A stretch of DNA of 64,000 bases from Hormoscilla sp. (GCA_051439505.1 JBFRWI010000228.1:62638-126637), one strand, 5' to 3'; counted from the stretch's first letter, positions 30,658-41,988 are shown. Notes: generated from the letters alone by a model not told the origin. Translations and numbers: made by a program.

Positions 30658-33009
30658 ATGCAAGTGGTTTCCCAAGCAGCAGCAGTAAGCGCCAACCCCG
30701 CCCCACCACTCCAGACAATAACTCTGGATGTTGGGGGCATGAAATGTGCAGGTTGCGTGCAGGTAGTGGAAAAGCAGCTAACCAAATACCCAGGCGTGGT
30801 TTCCGCTTGTGTAAATCTGGTAACAGCTGTGGCAGCAGTCGAATGTGAAGCAAATTCGGTCGATCGCACGGCCCTGGCAGCGCAGTTGACAAAGGCGGGT
30901 TTTCCCAGTCAACCCCGTTCTCGGAACCAACTCGAACCCCAGGATGACCAGCAGCAGCGGCAAGAAATTCGCTCTTCAATCAAGAATCTAGTAATTGCTG
31001 GCCTGCTAATTATCCTCTCGGGAATGGGTCATTTCTTTGGTCATGCCTCAATTCTAAGTAATATCTGGTTTCACTGGGGACTGGCAAGCTTGGCTTTACT
31101 GCTGCCCGGACGCGCCATATTAATAGATGGCTGGCGGGGACTCTGGCAAAATGCCCCCAATATGAATACCCTCGTGGGTTTGGGTACTCTATCTGCTTAC
31201 ATGGCTAGCTGTATAGCCTTGCTATTCCCCCAACTGGGTTGGGAATGCTTCTTTGATGAACCGGTGATGCTGCTGGGTTTCATTCTCCTGGGACGTACCC
31301 TGGAACAGCAGGCGAAAACTCAGGCCGCAGTTTCCTTAAAATCCTTGCTAGCACTCAGGCCGAAAATGGCACATCTGATTCCTCGGGAAACTGATGAAAT
31401 GGAAAAATCCCTAGACATTCCCGCCTTTGATGTGAAAGTAGGCGAGTATTTGCGGGTGTTGCCAGGAGAAAACATTCCTGTAGATGGGTTAGTAGTGGCG
31501 GGAGAGACGGCAATAGATGAGTCAATGCTCACCGGAGAACCGGTGCCAGTGGGGAAAGGACCGGGAAATGCAGTGGCAGCGGGAACTGTAAACCAGTCGG
31601 GAGTGATTGCCATCCAAGCTACCCGTACTGGCCAGGATACCACCGTGGCTCGGATTATCGCCCTGGTAGAAGAGGCCCAAACTAGAAAGGCCCCCGTGCA
31701 GAAGTTGGCAGATACGGTAGCTGGATACTTTGCCTATGGGGTGATGGCAGTGGCAGCACTGACTTTCGGGTTCTGGTATTTGGTGGGAACTCAGATCTGG
31801 CCTCACGTCCTGATGCCCATAATGGGACATCACCAGATGATTCATCAAACTCCCCTATTGTTGAGCTTAAAACTGGCGATCGCGGTTTTGGTGGTGGCCT
31901 GTCCCTGTGCTTTAGGACTGGCAACCCCGACAGCGATCCTGGTGGGTACTGGCCTGGGGGCCCAACGGGGCATTTTAATTAAGGGCGGTGACGTGCTGGA
32001 ACTGGTTCATAAGCTGGATCTGGTGGCGTTCGATAAAACTGGTACCCTCACTACTGGAAAGCCTACTGTCACAGATTGTCTACCTATTGGTACAGGCTAC
32101 GATCGCCAATCTCTGTTACAAATGGCAGCAGCGGTAGAAACTGGCAGCAATCATCCCCTCGCTAAAGCCATTACTCAAGCGGCGTTAACCCAGGACTTGC
32201 CCATCCCCAGGGCCCAGGACTTTCACACAGTACCGGGACTGGGAGTATCGGCCCAAGTGGATGGTAACTTGGTGCTTCTGGGAACTAGAGAATGCTTGAC
32301 AAAGCACGAGATTTATGCTAACCAAGAGGAAGAAATTGTCCAAGCTTGGGCAGATAAGGGTAAAACAGTAGTATATATAGCAGTAGAGGGTAAGGTAGCG
32401 GGATTGATAGCGGTAAGAGACGAACCCAGGCCAGATGCCAAAAAAACAATAGAACAGTTGCGGCAGATGGGATTAAAGGTGAAAATGCTCACAGGAGATA
32501 GAGAAAAAACAGCACGGGCGATCGCCAGTTCCATCGGCATGACCTCGGATGAGGTAATAGCACAAGTGAGGCCAGAGGAAAAGGCAGAGGCGATCGCCCG
32601 CTGGCAAGCAGAAGGGTTGCGGGTAGCAATGGTTGCCGACGGCATCAATGACGGCCCCGCCTTGGCCTCTGCTGATGTGGGCATTGCCTTGCAGGGCGGT
32701 GCGGATGTGGCCCAAGAAACAGCAGATACGATCCTGATGCGCAATTGCCTCTGGGATGTGGTAGAATCAATCCGCCTGGGACGTGCCACCTATAACAAAA
32801 TTCGCCAAAATCTATTTTGGGCCTTGGCCTATAACAGCTTGGGCATCCCGGTAGCTGCTGGCCTATTACTGCCTGGGTTGGGCATCGGACTGACGCCAGC
32901 AGCGGCGGGTGCTATGATGGCATTCAGTTCCGTCAGCGTGGTGACCAACTCCCTGCTGCTGCGTCGTGGCAGCAATAGGCAAGCTGACATTTCGGGCTCA
33001 AAATGCTAA
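30658..33009 (+). CDS. Cu(I)-translocating P1B ATPase (CtaA-like)
   Basis: GMKCAGC, TGE, CPCALG, DKTGT, YN and MAFSS motifs. Confidence 0.93.
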   Translation: MQVVSQAAAVSANPAPPLQTITLDVGGMKCAGCVQVVEKQLTKYPGVVSACVNLVTAVAAVECEANSVDRTALAAQLTKAGFPSQPRSRNQLEPQDDQQQRQEIRSSIKNLVIAGLLIILSGMGHFFGHASILSNIWFHWGLASLALLLPGRAILIDGWRGLWQNAPNMNTLVGLGTLSAYMASCIALLFPQLGWECFFDEPVMLLGFILLGRTLEQQAKTQAAVSLKSLLALRPKMAHLIPRETDEMEKSLDIPAFDVKVGEYLRVLPGENIPVDGLVVAGETAIDESMLTGEPVPVGKGPGNAVAAGTVNQSGVIAIQATRTGQDTTVARIIALVEEAQTRKAPVQKLADTVAGYFAYGVMAVAALTFGFWYLVGTQIWPHVLMPIMGHHQMIHQTPLLLSLKLAIAVLVVACPCALGLATPTAILVGTGLGAQRGILIKGGDVLELVHKLDLVAFDKTGTLTTGKPTVTDCLPIGTGYDRQSLLQMAAAVETGSNHPLAKAITQAALTQDLPIPRAQDFHTVPGLGVSAQVDGNLVLLGTRECLTKHEIYANQEEEIVQAWADKGKTVVYIAVEGKVAGLIAVRDEPRPDAKKTIEQLRQMGLKVKMLTGDREKTARAIASSIGMTSDEVIAQVRPEEKAEAIARWQAEGLRVAMVADGINDGPALASADVGIALQGGADVAQETADTILMRNCLWDVVESIRLGRATYNKIRQNLFWALAYNSLGIPVAAGLLLPGLGIGLTPAAAGAMMAFSSVSVVTNSLLLRRGSNRQADISGSKC

Positions 33010-33101
33010 AATAACAGCATGGGGAAAAACTGTCTCGCGATCGCGAGAGAGGATGTCACCACTGTTGTTGACCTAGATAGATTCGGTAAACATCGGGGAA
33101 A

Positions 33102-33530
33102 ATGGCTTCATCAGCACAGCAAACTCATAAACTGATTATTGAAGACGACAAAGGGAAGCGGGAATTGACGCTGGAATCCCCTGTATACTCAATTGGCAGA
33201 GATGCTCAATGTGATATCCGCCTGGTTTCTCAGTTTGTCTCCCGCCGACATGCTACTTTGGTACGGCTTCCCCATGACGATGGCAGCTATTACTACCGGA
33301 TAGTGGATGGCAACCTGAGAGGGAAAAGCAGTGCTAATGGCATCTTGATTAACAGTCGAAAACTGGCAACTCACGACCTGCAAAATGAGGACGAGATCGT
33401 ATTTGGACCCCAGGTGCGTGCTATCTATTATTTACTGGATAAAGAACCAGTTACCAGCAGCCCGCCCGATGAGTTCGATATCACTCTGATCAGTCCCAGC
33501 ATGATGGATGATACATATACCGATTACTAA
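33102..33530 (+). CDS. FHA domain protein
   Basis: IGR...VSRRHA...SANG. Confidence 0.92.
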   Translation: MASSAQQTHKLIIEDDKGKRELTLESPVYSIGRDAQCDIRLVSQFVSRRHATLVRLPHDDGSYYYRIVDGNLRGKSSANGILINSRKLATHDLQNEDEIVFGPQVRAIYYLLDKEPVTSSPPDEFDITLISPSMMDDTYTDY

Positions 33531-33709
33531 CATACCATTAGCACTGCGCGAGTTGAAAATTGAGAAGGGAAAATTGAGAATTGCTCAAAAATTCAGCGGA
33601 CAAGATATCAAGATAGATGACGTTCGGCAATCAACTCCAATTGACTATTGTCAAGCTCTATCATCCAACTAAAAATTAAATCCAACTGACAACAGAAAAG
33701 TGCCAGAAT

Positions 33710-34057
33710 CTATCCCGCTACAGTTTCAATCATCTGCAAATGGTCGCTGGACGCGATCGCCCTAGTCAGGCGATCGAACATTTGCCGACAGTGGTTGTCC
33801 CGTTTGATGGCCAGTTCTTCGTTTTTCATGATTAAATTAAATTTCAGTTCGGTTTCGGTTTTCATGGTGCTGTCAATCAAAAATTCCACAGTCACGAGTT
33901 TGGTAAAGGAGACCTGACCGGGAAATTCACGACCCATGAGATAGTCGGTTGTATCGTAGATCAGCTCAAAGTTACAGGAATTCATAATCTCACTCAAGGA
34001 CTGTTGGAGATTATCGACGGGAAGCGCAACAGTGAATAAACAAGTGTACCGAGCCAT
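33710..34057 (-). CDS. conserved cyanobacterial hypothetical protein
   Basis: MARYTC..., LVTVE.LID, KNEEL...NHC; divergent from tmk. Confidence 0.8.
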   Translation of the reverse strand: MARYTCLFTVALPVDNLQQSLSEIMNSCNFELIYDTTDYLMGREFPGQVSFTKLVTVEFLIDSTMKTETELKFNLIMKNEELAIKRDNHCRQMFDRLTRAIASSDHLQMIETVAG

Positions 34058-34146
34058 AAAAATTTCCGGACTAAGACAGAGCGACTCCTTTATGATAACG
34101 AGGGTTGCACCAAGACTCAAGCAGAAAAATTGCCATACAATTATAA

Positions 34147-34821
34147 ATGCAGGGAAAACTGATCGTTTTTGAGGGCACCGAAGGTAGCGGTAAGACAACT
34201 CAGCTCCAGCTGCTGTACCAGTGGTGGTGCTGTCGGGAGACTCCCGTTGCAGTTACTAGAGAACCTGGAGGTACGCCCTTAGGAGAGAAACTGCGTCAGA
34301 TTTTGCTGACTGACTCTGCGATCGCAGGGATGGCAGAACTGTTGTTATATGTTGCGGACCGGGCTCAACATGTTGAACAATTCATCAAGCCTCAGTTGGC
34401 TTCGGGGACTCACGTTCTGTGCGATCGCTTCACTGATTCGACTGTAGCCTATCAGGGTTATGGTCGCGGTCTGAGTTTGAGTAAAATCTCCCAACTCAAT
34501 CAAATTGCTACCTCGGGCCTGCAAAGCGATCTCACTTTGTGGTTAGATTTAGATGTGGAGGTGGGTCTTTTCAGGACGCGCCAACGGGGGCCTTCTGACC
34601 GGATGGAGGAAGCTGATTTGGAGTTTCACCGCCGAGTATATCATGGGTTTGCTCAATTGGCAAAAGATTGCCCCGATCGCATTATCCGAGTTGATGCTAG
34701 CGGTTCCCAGTCCCAAGTGCAAGCCCATATTCAAACCATTATAACTGACTACTTAAATAAATGGAAAATTGAGAATTGTAAATGGGAAATTGAGAATTGT
34801 AAATGGGAAATTGAGAATTGA
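34147..34821 (+). CDS. tmk: thymidylate kinase
   Basis: FEGTEGSGKTT, TREPGG, CDRFTDST.AYQGYGRG. Confidence 0.96.
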   Translation: MQGKLIVFEGTEGSGKTTQLQLLYQWWCCRETPVAVTREPGGTPLGEKLRQILLTDSAIAGMAELLLYVADRAQHVEQFIKPQLASGTHVLCDRFTDSTVAYQGYGRGLSLSKISQLNQIATSGLQSDLTLWLDLDVEVGLFRTRQRGPSDRMEEADLEFHRRVYHGFAQLAKDCPDRIIRVDASGSQSQVQAHIQTIITDYLNKWKIENCKWEIENCKWEIEN

Positions 34822-34885
34822 GAATAAAGATAAAAAAATATCCGATTTACAATTAGCAATTGACAAAAATTAACAATTAATAATT

Positions 34886-35818
34886 ATGTATTTTGAGAGA
34901 GTAATAGGGCAAGAACAGGCAGTCAAGTTGTTAAAGGCGGCGATCGCCCGTCAGCGCCTGGCCCCAGCTTATTTATTTGCCGGTCCCGATGGTGTGGGCA
35001 AGAGTATAGCAGTCAGGTGTTTTATCGAAGCCATGTTTTGTGATGAAGTTCCCAGTTCGGAGCATGGTACGATCCAGAAAATGGTCAGAGATGGTAATCA
35101 TCCTGATGTCTTGTGGGTGGAACCAACCTATCAGCATCAAGGTCAACTATTGTCGGCGAAAGAAGCTGCTGCTGCGGGGTTAAAACGGAAAGCCCCTCCC
35201 CAGATTAGAATTGAACAAGTGAGGGAAATTGCCAGATTTATCAGCCGATCGCCCCTGAAAGCACCGCGACAGGTGGTAGTAATAGAGCAAGCAGAAACAA
35301 TGGCAGAAGCTGCTGCTAATAGTTTACTGAAAACTTTGGAAGAACCAGGACGTGCTACCATCATTTTGCTAGCATCATCTGACTTATTGCCGACAATTCG
35401 ATCGCGATGTGCTCGAATTCCTTTTTATCGACTCCCTCAAGACCAAATGAGTAAAATATTGCGACAATTGGGTTATGAGGAAATATTAGAGCAAGACCAA
35501 GTAATGGCCATGGCCCAGGGGAGTCCCGGAGAGGCGATCGCCTGTTTTGCCCAACTCCAGGGGATGCCAGCAGAACTGCTATCCCGACTGGGCCATCTTC
35601 CCAACGATCTCAGGGATGCTTTAGAATTAGCAAAGGAAATTAACCAAAACCTGGACACGGAAGCGCAACTGTGGTTAGTTGATTATTTACAGCATAGCTA
35701 CTGGCAACAGGACTATCGAGTGGATATCCTGCAACAGTTGGAAACAGCTCGTAAATACCTCCTCAGTTATGCTCAACCCCGACTTGTCTGGGAAGTGACT
35801 CTGCTGGCCATGTGTTAA
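34886..35818 (+). CDS. holB: DNA polymerase III subunit delta'
   Basis: YLFAGPDGVGK, NHPD, AANSLLKTLEEP, LPTIRSRC. Confidence 0.95.
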   Translation: MYFERVIGQEQAVKLLKAAIARQRLAPAYLFAGPDGVGKSIAVRCFIEAMFCDEVPSSEHGTIQKMVRDGNHPDVLWVEPTYQHQGQLLSAKEAAAAGLKRKAPPQIRIEQVREIARFISRSPLKAPRQVVVIEQAETMAEAAANSLLKTLEEPGRATIILLASSDLLPTIRSRCARIPFYRLPQDQMSKILRQLGYEEILEQDQVMAMAQGSPGEAIACFAQLQGMPAELLSRLGHLPNDLRDALELAKEINQNLDTEAQLWLVDYLQHSYWQQDYRVDILQQLETARKYLLSYAQPRLVWEVTLLAMC

Positions 35819-35877
35819 TTGTTCATTGAGAATTGTTCATTGAGAATTGTATATTGGGGGGCGAGCGCGTGGGGGCC

Positions 35878-35942
35878 AGAAACCGGGTTTCTTATTCTTT
35901 CTTGTAAGTTGCGACTGATTCGATCGCAGAAACCCGGTTTCT
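35878..35942. repeat. paired AGAAACCGGGTTTCT / AGAAACCCGGTTTCT palindromes
   Basis: Read directly. Confidence 0.75.
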
Positions 35943-36000
35943 CGTCTGTCTTACTATACAACGAATGCATGACCACACCCGCAGGTGGGCGATGCCCACC

Positions 36001-38031
36001 CTACGGTTGGACGAAGACGAAACTCATAAGGAGATCGGAGGCAGTAACGTTTTGAACGATGGCTACAACTTGAAAAGAGGAAGCTATCCGGATCAGAGTG
36101 TCATTACCAAATGTTTCTTCCAGAGTTATATCTCTAGGTCTCAAACCCTCTGTAAAGCCGATCCGGTCTGAACCAACCTGAAAGTCGGCGATCGTATCTG
36201 TACCGGAAATATTAGAAATCACGAAGATATCGCTGCCGGCACCACCATTGAGAGTATCATTTCCCAGACCGCCTCTGAGAGTATCGTTACCAGAACCACC
36301 AGAGAGTAGATCATCGCCGACTGTGCCGATGAGATTATCATTTCCTGGGGTTCCATCTGGAGTGGGAGTGGAAGTTCCTCCTCTTCTGGAAATCACCCTG
36401 ACATTAACTGTGCCCGTGTCAGTGTCTCCAATGCCGTCAGAAATGCTATATCTGAAGCTGTCGGGACCAACGAAATTGGGGTTAGGAGTGTAAATCAGCC
36501 TGTCATCTGTAGGATCGTCGGGAGTGCGGTTGCCATTTAGCCTGACAGTGCCATTATTGGGTTGCTCGAAGCTTAAAAGTCCGACGGGGTCGCCATTGAT
36601 GTTGCGATCGTTCCTGAGGACATCGATCCTGACTGACCGGTTTGCGAGACTAGCAGCGTTGTCGGTAGTGGCGGTGACGCCAGAGGTTTTGGAAATATTA
36701 ACTGGAATGAAGCCCAGCACTTCATCGTTGCCTGTATTGACGAACTGTAGGGCGAAGCGGCGACCGGACTGGGTGCCTCTAAACTGAGCTTCAAATGTGA
36801 CTGGTTCTCCTGCAACTACACCCGTTTGTACGCCTGTTAGGTTGGCAAATGCTGTTGTGGGGGGCGAAACTACCAGATCGATGCCTAATGATAAACTTAC
36901 TGCCGTGTCGATCGCAGTGGTAATGCCGCTGGCTAGCTGTGTGGGGCTAGTAGGATCGATGAAGAAGTAAAGCGGATCTCCTGGCGCGATCGGGTCATCA
37001 TCTATTCCATTTTCAATCGAGTCTGTCGAGTTATTCACAGCGCCTGTTAAAGTGGCGATCGCCTCCAGTGCTTGACGAGGATCCATACTTGTATCCTCTC
37101 CTGTCCCCAGACCGATAACCAAAGCGCCCAGGTCATTAAGTGCATCGATCGTCTCTTGAATAGTTGCGCCATCACCCATGCCATCTCCATCCACATCGGG
37201 TGTTGTAGGCCGACTGCCGCTAGCGAAATCAGAAAGCGGTACGGTCGCACCATTCACCCCAACAATTGGGTCCGTGCCATCATCTTCATAGACAGTTCCT
37301 ATATCCGTGGCTGCCAAGATAATTGTTAAGGCATCTGAACGGAAACCAGCACCACCCTGGGTACCTGAAGCAGCTAGCACGTCGTTATCCGGGTCTGGAG
37401 TAAATGAGCTGAAGGGGGGCACGTCACCGCCTTCACCTGGTTCCGTTTGGGTTGCTGCCAGACCCGCAGGTCCACTATCCAGGTTGCTGCCATTACCATT
37501 CCCATCAAACCCGGCCCCCGTCGCTAACTGAAACAGACCTTCGATCAGGGTTTCGGGAAAATCATTACCACCTCCTGGTGCCGACCGATCGAGCGCTGCA
37601 TCGATCGCCCGATCGAAGTCAGGGGTATCTGTAGTAATAATCGGTTGGCTGAGGGTGAATGGACGGTTATCTCCTCCTCCTCCTACCTCACCTCCAGCGG
37701 TGTCACCGTAGTCCTCAAACCTTCCCACCCCGAACCCAAAATTTATGTCGGGAAATTCCGTCTGTACGTTTTCAATAATCGTGGGAAATTGATCGCGCAG
37801 AGTCGGAATTACAGTTTGAAAACTACCCGTATCATCAAACAGAAGGAATATATCTACATTACTTGTCAGCAGTCCGCTACCGGGCGGCAGGGTGATGGAA
37901 ACCGTTTCCCTCGCCAACTCCGAGGGCAACAGACTTAGTTCTATTCTGTTGGGAGCGATGCTTGGCAGGCCACTACTGCTCGTAGTTGCGGCTGCCTCAC
38001 TCTCAAATTCAAAGGTATCAACAAACACCAT
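36001..38031 (-). CDS. acidic extracellular protein: vWA domain, cadherin/Ig-like domain, RTX Ca-binding repeats
   Basis: [11 protein letters not shown] (MIDAS-like), [36 protein letters not shown] nonapeptides. Confidence 0.85.
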   Translation of the reverse strand: MVFVDTFEFESEAAATTSSSGLPSIAPNRIELSLLPSELARETVSITLPPGSGLLTSNVDIFLLFDDTGSFQTVIPTLRDQFPTIIENVQTEFPDINFGFGVGRFEDYGDTAGGEVGGGGDNRPFTLSQPIITTDTPDFDRAIDAALDRSAPGGGNDFPETLIEGLFQLATGAGFDGNGNGSNLDSGPAGLAATQTEPGEGGDVPPFSSFTPDPDNDVLAASGTQGGAGFRSDALTIILAATDIGTVYEDDGTDPIVGVNGATVPLSDFASGSRPTTPDVDGDGMGDGATIQETIDALNDLGALVIGLGTGEDTSMDPRQALEAIATLTGAVNNSTDSIENGIDDDPIAPGDPLYFFIDPTSPTQLASGITTAIDTAVSLSLGIDLVVSPPTTAFANLTGVQTGVVAGEPVTFEAQFRGTQSGRRFALQFVNTGNDEVLGFIPVNISKTSGVTATTDNAASLANRSVRIDVLRNDRNINGDPVGLLSFEQPNNGTVRLNGNRTPDDPTDDRLIYTPNPNFVGPDSFRYSISDGIGDTDTGTVNVRVISRRGGTSTPTPDGTPGNDNLIGTVGDDLLSGGSGNDTLRGGLGNDTLNGGAGSDIFVISNISGTDTIADFQVGSDRIGFTEGLRPRDITLEETFGNDTLIRIASSFQVVAIVQNVTASDLLMSFVFVQP

Positions 38032-38262
38032 ACTTTATTCCTCACTAGGGTCAGCAATTGTTGTTCGCAGCTAGTATATCTGGCATATGCCGTCGGTACT
38101 AGCACTATTATATCATACAACCGTGCGGACCCAGTTCGATCGGGGCGGATTAGTCCTTGCCCGGGCCGTTCGTATTCAGGACATTCCTCTGTGAGGAGAT
38201 CCTGGGGATAACATTTTCAGCTATAATAGGCTCAAGATGATATCAAAAGAGTCTCAAATTTT

Positions 38263-38871
38263 ATGTCCTACAGTCAATTCACCCTCGAAAGCCTCAAGAC
38301 AACTTTCGGAATTACTATTGTGGAAACTGCGGGCATTTTTGCCGATGTTCCCGAGGTTAAGTATAGCAATTACTTGACTGAAACGCTCCGGTATAATATA
38401 CCTTTGGCCTTATCTATTGCTTCTGAAAAAGCTCGCTCTGAGATGATAATTACGCCAATTATAATCGAAATACGCAAGCAGTTATCGGAAGCGATTAGTT
38501 TATTTTCTGGTAAAGATTTTGAGGTAGATACAGAGAAAGGATTGAACGGATTTTGTGATTATTTAATTAGCATGTCTCCCGAGCAACTGTTCATTGAAGC
38601 TCCCGTAGTTGCCATAGTAGAAGCTAAAAATGATAAAATTGAATCGGGTTTAGCACAATGCATGGCCGAAATGATTGCCGCTCAATTGTTTAACCAAGGT
38701 AAAGAGAATAATATCAAGACAGTTTATGGAGTAGTCACAACTGGCAGTGTCTGGAAGTTCATGAAACTACAAAAACAAGTAATTACTATTGACTTGCAGG
38801 AGTATTTTATCAATCAGGTAGGAAAAATAATCGGGATTATCAAAACTGGCATCGAAACAAATCGTTCGTAG
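38263..38871 (+). CDS. conserved hypothetical protein, probable PD-(D/E)XK fold
   Basis: SEKARSEMII, GFCDY, VEAK...GLAQCMAEM, GVVTTGSVWKF. Confidence 0.8.
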   Translation: MSYSQFTLESLKTTFGITIVETAGIFADVPEVKYSNYLTETLRYNIPLALSIASEKARSEMIITPIIIEIRKQLSEAISLFSGKDFEVDTEKGLNGFCDYLISMSPEQLFIEAPVVAIVEAKNDKIESGLAQCMAEMIAAQLFNQGKENNIKTVYGVVTTGSVWKFMKLQKQVITIDLQEYFINQVGKIIGIIKTGIETNRS

Positions 38872-38990
38872 TAAGGACTTTAGTCCTTGCTTCCGTCGTT
38901 CGTAGTGGCAGATAATGCTCTTATCAGACCTCTAGCGTTCCCGAGGATAGAAATATCCCTATCTGAACTTTTTCTGCCCTAGGAGTTATC

Positions 38991-39032
38991 CGTGACGGTA
39001 ATTATCTGGAAATCTGATAACTTTCCGTCACG
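38991..39032. terminator. imperfect inverted repeat between convergent genes
   Basis: CGTGACGG..TTATC...GATAA..CCGTCACG. Confidence 0.45.
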
Positions 39033-39055
39033 ATCGTCCCACCAGACAAATTAAT

Positions 39056-39685
39056 TTATCGGGAAGATTTGTACAAGCGCTTTCCCACAGCAGCAATGCC
39101 CAAACCGACTAAAGCAAATGCTACAGAAGGTTCGGGAACCTTCGAGGGAGGAGTGGGAGGAGATATTGCTGCGACTGAGACCGCCCCATTTAACAAAGAA
39201 GCTGTCAATTCTTCCGTACCACCCCCTAAGTTAACATTTGAAAATTCTAAGTCACTGCTGCCAGTTCCCACTGCGTTAAAGGTTAAGGTGGCGAGGGTGA
39301 AGCTGTCTGCTTGGAAAGGCGCTAAGTCATTAGCAGAGTCCATAGATGCTTCAGACAGGTTGACAGATCCCGTATATAGTTCAAAATCATTCATTGGTGG
39401 CAGAAATAACCCTTGCAGTTGGTTTCCGAGCACTGGATCGCCAAATACCACCCTTTCAAAGCCGAGCACGCTGGCGTCAAAGTCAACGTTTAAATCAAAG
39501 TATTCTAGAGAAGGAGCCGAACCATCTCCGAGGTCGGAAATTTTTACCTCTACATCGAATTGGTCGCCTTCCGAGACTGTCTGGGATGAAGGAGATGCGC
39601 TCAGGGAAATTGCTCCTGCTTCTCCTACACTCAGGAGGGAGAGCAACATAGCACCAGCTAAACTCAGTCCAAATTGTTTTTTCAT
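39056..39685 (-). CDS. cohesin-like domain PEP-CTERM protein
   Basis: Signal peptide; LATLTFNAVGTGSSDL; VPEP plus TM helix plus basic tail. Confidence 0.88.
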   Translation of the reverse strand: MKKQFGLSLAGAMLLSLLSVGEAGAISLSASPSSQTVSEGDQFDVEVKISDLGDGSAPSLEYFDLNVDFDASVLGFERVVFGDPVLGNQLQGLFLPPMNDFELYTGSVNLSEASMDSANDLAPFQADSFTLATLTFNAVGTGSSDLEFSNVNLGGGTEELTASLLNGAVSVAAISPPTPPSKVPEPSVAFALVGLGIAAVGKRLYKSSR

Positions 39686-40179
39686 TGTCTTCCTTAGATG
39701 TCCTGATAATGGTGATGCCCGGTATTGCACCAATTACTGAAATTGTTTTTCCCCCCTTTCAGTGATATTACCTCGGCGATCTTACTATTGAGCGATCGGG
39801 GGGCAATATCCACAAAAGAGAAGGACGTTCGTCCCGACTACGAACGAGGGAGCGGTAATCAAATCGATCCTACTCTTATATGATAGCATTATTTAGGAAA
39901 ATGAATAGGGGGGCGAGACACCGCATCAGACCTCAGAGGTATGACATAAGATAGATTAGTCCAGATCGCAAGTAGAATTGATGTTTACAGACAAGCAGCG
40001 CCATATCTTTCGTGAAAAAAGCCCTCGATTGTTGGGTAACTTTCGACAAGCAAAGAAAGAGATGTCTTGCATTGAGATACACTCATTAAATATTGGTCGC
40101 TTCTGCTTCCACATAAGTAGATAATATAACAGGTTAAAGTGTAATTTCCAGTAAGGTGGGCGGTGCCCACCCTACTATT

Positions 40180-41988
40180 TTACTGGGAAAGAATTATCAA
40201 GCTGTAAGGACCAATGCCGACGTTACCATGAAAGGACATGCCATCGGACTCACCCCAATTAGCCGTCATGTCGTAGCCCGGATGATTGCTAAAGTCAGGG
40301 CTGTAGTAATTAGAGTCGCTATTGAAACGCAACTGCCAATCACCTCCATGGGGAAAGCCGATATTATAACTTTCATAACTGCGATCGGCCATATTCACCA
40401 CCACAATTACATCATCCCCAGGTCCCCCATTTTCCCAGCGATGGAAGGCAATCACCTTGTCGTTATTATTAACGTGATAAACATTAACATGTTGACCGCG
40501 CAAACCGCGAGTATTGTTGTACCAATTGCGGCGGAGTCGGATCAGGTCGCGGTACATATCGTGAATACCCCGATAGGTATCTAACTTCGTCCAGTCGATC
40601 GGGTCTTGGTCCTGAAACCATTCATCTTCAAGAATTTCCTGACCTTGGAAGATCATCGGAATTCCTGGGGAAGTAAAGACTAAAGCTGCTCCCAGGGTCG
40701 ATCGCTTCCTGGAGAACCAACTCCCCGGTTCTTCCGACCAAATTTCCTGGGGAACCCTGGCTTTACCGTTGGCCACTTCATCGTGAGATTCCGTGTAAAT
40801 GATTCGCTGAAAAGCATCGCCGTTGTAGCGGTGATAAATCGCATCGCGAACTGCGTACATATCGCGTCCATTATCATCATCGGGAATAATTACATCCCGG
40901 ATCGGATGAACGAAGCTACCCGCCCATTGAGCATCAAAGCCAGCACCGCCAACACTGGGATCTTTAGTCAGCCATTCATTATTCTGCAAATCTTCGGCGA
41001 TGTTAATTTTCCAGGGACTAATAGCATTAATTTCATTATTAATCCACTGCATCAAGCTCCAACCATCTGGAATCTCGCCACCGCCCCCATTATTGAGGGT
41101 ACGGATATTAACAGTAGAATCCCAGCGCAAACCGTCTAAATGGAAATCATTCAGCCACATCAAGGCATTGTCCCGGAGATACTGACGCACTTCCGCTCGA
41201 CCATAATCCGGTCGCGTGTCTCCCCAGGGAGTTTCAGAACGCCAGTCGTTGTAAAAGTAGATCCCACCTTTACCATTTTCGCTCCAACCGTCAAATTGCC
41301 AGAGGTCCAGATCGCTTGGTCCCAGGTGATTGTAAACCACATCGAAGACGATCGCAATGCCCCGAGCGTGAACAGCTTTGACAAATTCCTTAAACGCCTG
41401 GGGACCTCCATAGATGCTTTCGACCGCGAATATATTAACTGGATTATAGCCCCAGGAAAAATCAGCCGCAAACTCCGCAGATGGCATAATCTGGATTGCA
41501 TTGATGCCGAGGTCTTGCAGATAATCTATACGCCCGATCGCGCCTTGAAAATTACCCGGTGACCCGTCATGTCTATCGTTGAAAGTGCCGATATGCATTT
41601 CATAGATGACCATCTCATTCCAACTGGGAGTTCTGTAGTTTGCGACACTGTCTTTAAATTGAATGTCACAAATCACCGAGTTACCGACATAATTTGTCAC
41701 TTCCCGAGAGTAGGGGTCTTTTTTCTCGTAGCTGTTGCCACTGTCACGATTGATAATAACATATTTGTACTCATCGCCGACTTTCGCACCGGGAACGTCA
41801 ACGGACCAGTAACCATTATTTTCGTTCACGAGGGGATTGGCAGTCCGGGACCACTCGTTAAATGTCCCAACAACATAGACATGAGAAGCGAAGGGTGCCC
41901 AGACCCGGAAAGCAGTGCCCGAGCCAAAGGGGATCGCACCCATGCCAGCATGGTCCGAGGTGGTTGTGAGATTAGCCATATTTGTCAT
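40180..41988 (-). CDS. GH13 alpha-amylase family protein with CBM48 (branching enzyme/trehalohydrolase-like)
   Basis: FRVWAP, IYEMHIGTF, SWGYNP, DVVYNH, DGLRWD, ESHDE. Confidence 0.9.
   Translation of the reverse strand: MTNMANLTTTSDHAGMGAIPFGSGTAFRVWAPFASHVYVVGTFNEWSRTANPLVNENNGYWSVDVPGAKVGDEYKYVIINRDSGNSYEKKDPYSREVTNYVGNSVICDIQFKDSVANYRTPSWNEMVIYEMHIGTFNDRHDGSPGNFQGAIGRIDYLQDLGINAIQIMPSAEFAADFSWGYNPVNIFAVESIYGGPQAFKEFVKAVHARGIAIVFDVVYNHLGPSDLDLWQFDGWSENGKGGIYFYNDWRSETPWGDTRPDYGRAEVRQYLRDNALMWLNDFHLDGLRWDSTVNIRTLNNGGGGEIPDGWSLMQWINNEINAISPWKINIAEDLQNNEWLTKDPSVGGAGFDAQWAGSFVHPIRDVIIPDDDNGRDMYAVRDAIYHRYNGDAFQRIIYTESHDEVANGKARVPQEIWSEEPGSWFSRKRSTLGAALVFTSPGIPMIFQGQEILEDEWFQDQDPIDWTKLDTYRGIHDMYRDLIRLRRNWYNNTRGLRGQHVNVYHVNNNDKVIAFHRWENGGPGDDVIVVVNMADRSYESYNIGFPHGGDWQLRFNSDSNYYSPDFSNHPGYDMTANWGESDGMSFHGNVGIGPYSLIILSQ

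Noticed and set aside
39069..39740. 223-aa ORF antisense to the PEP-CTERM gene
   Set aside because: Codon-aligned shadow; the minus-strand protein has a signal peptide and sorting motif
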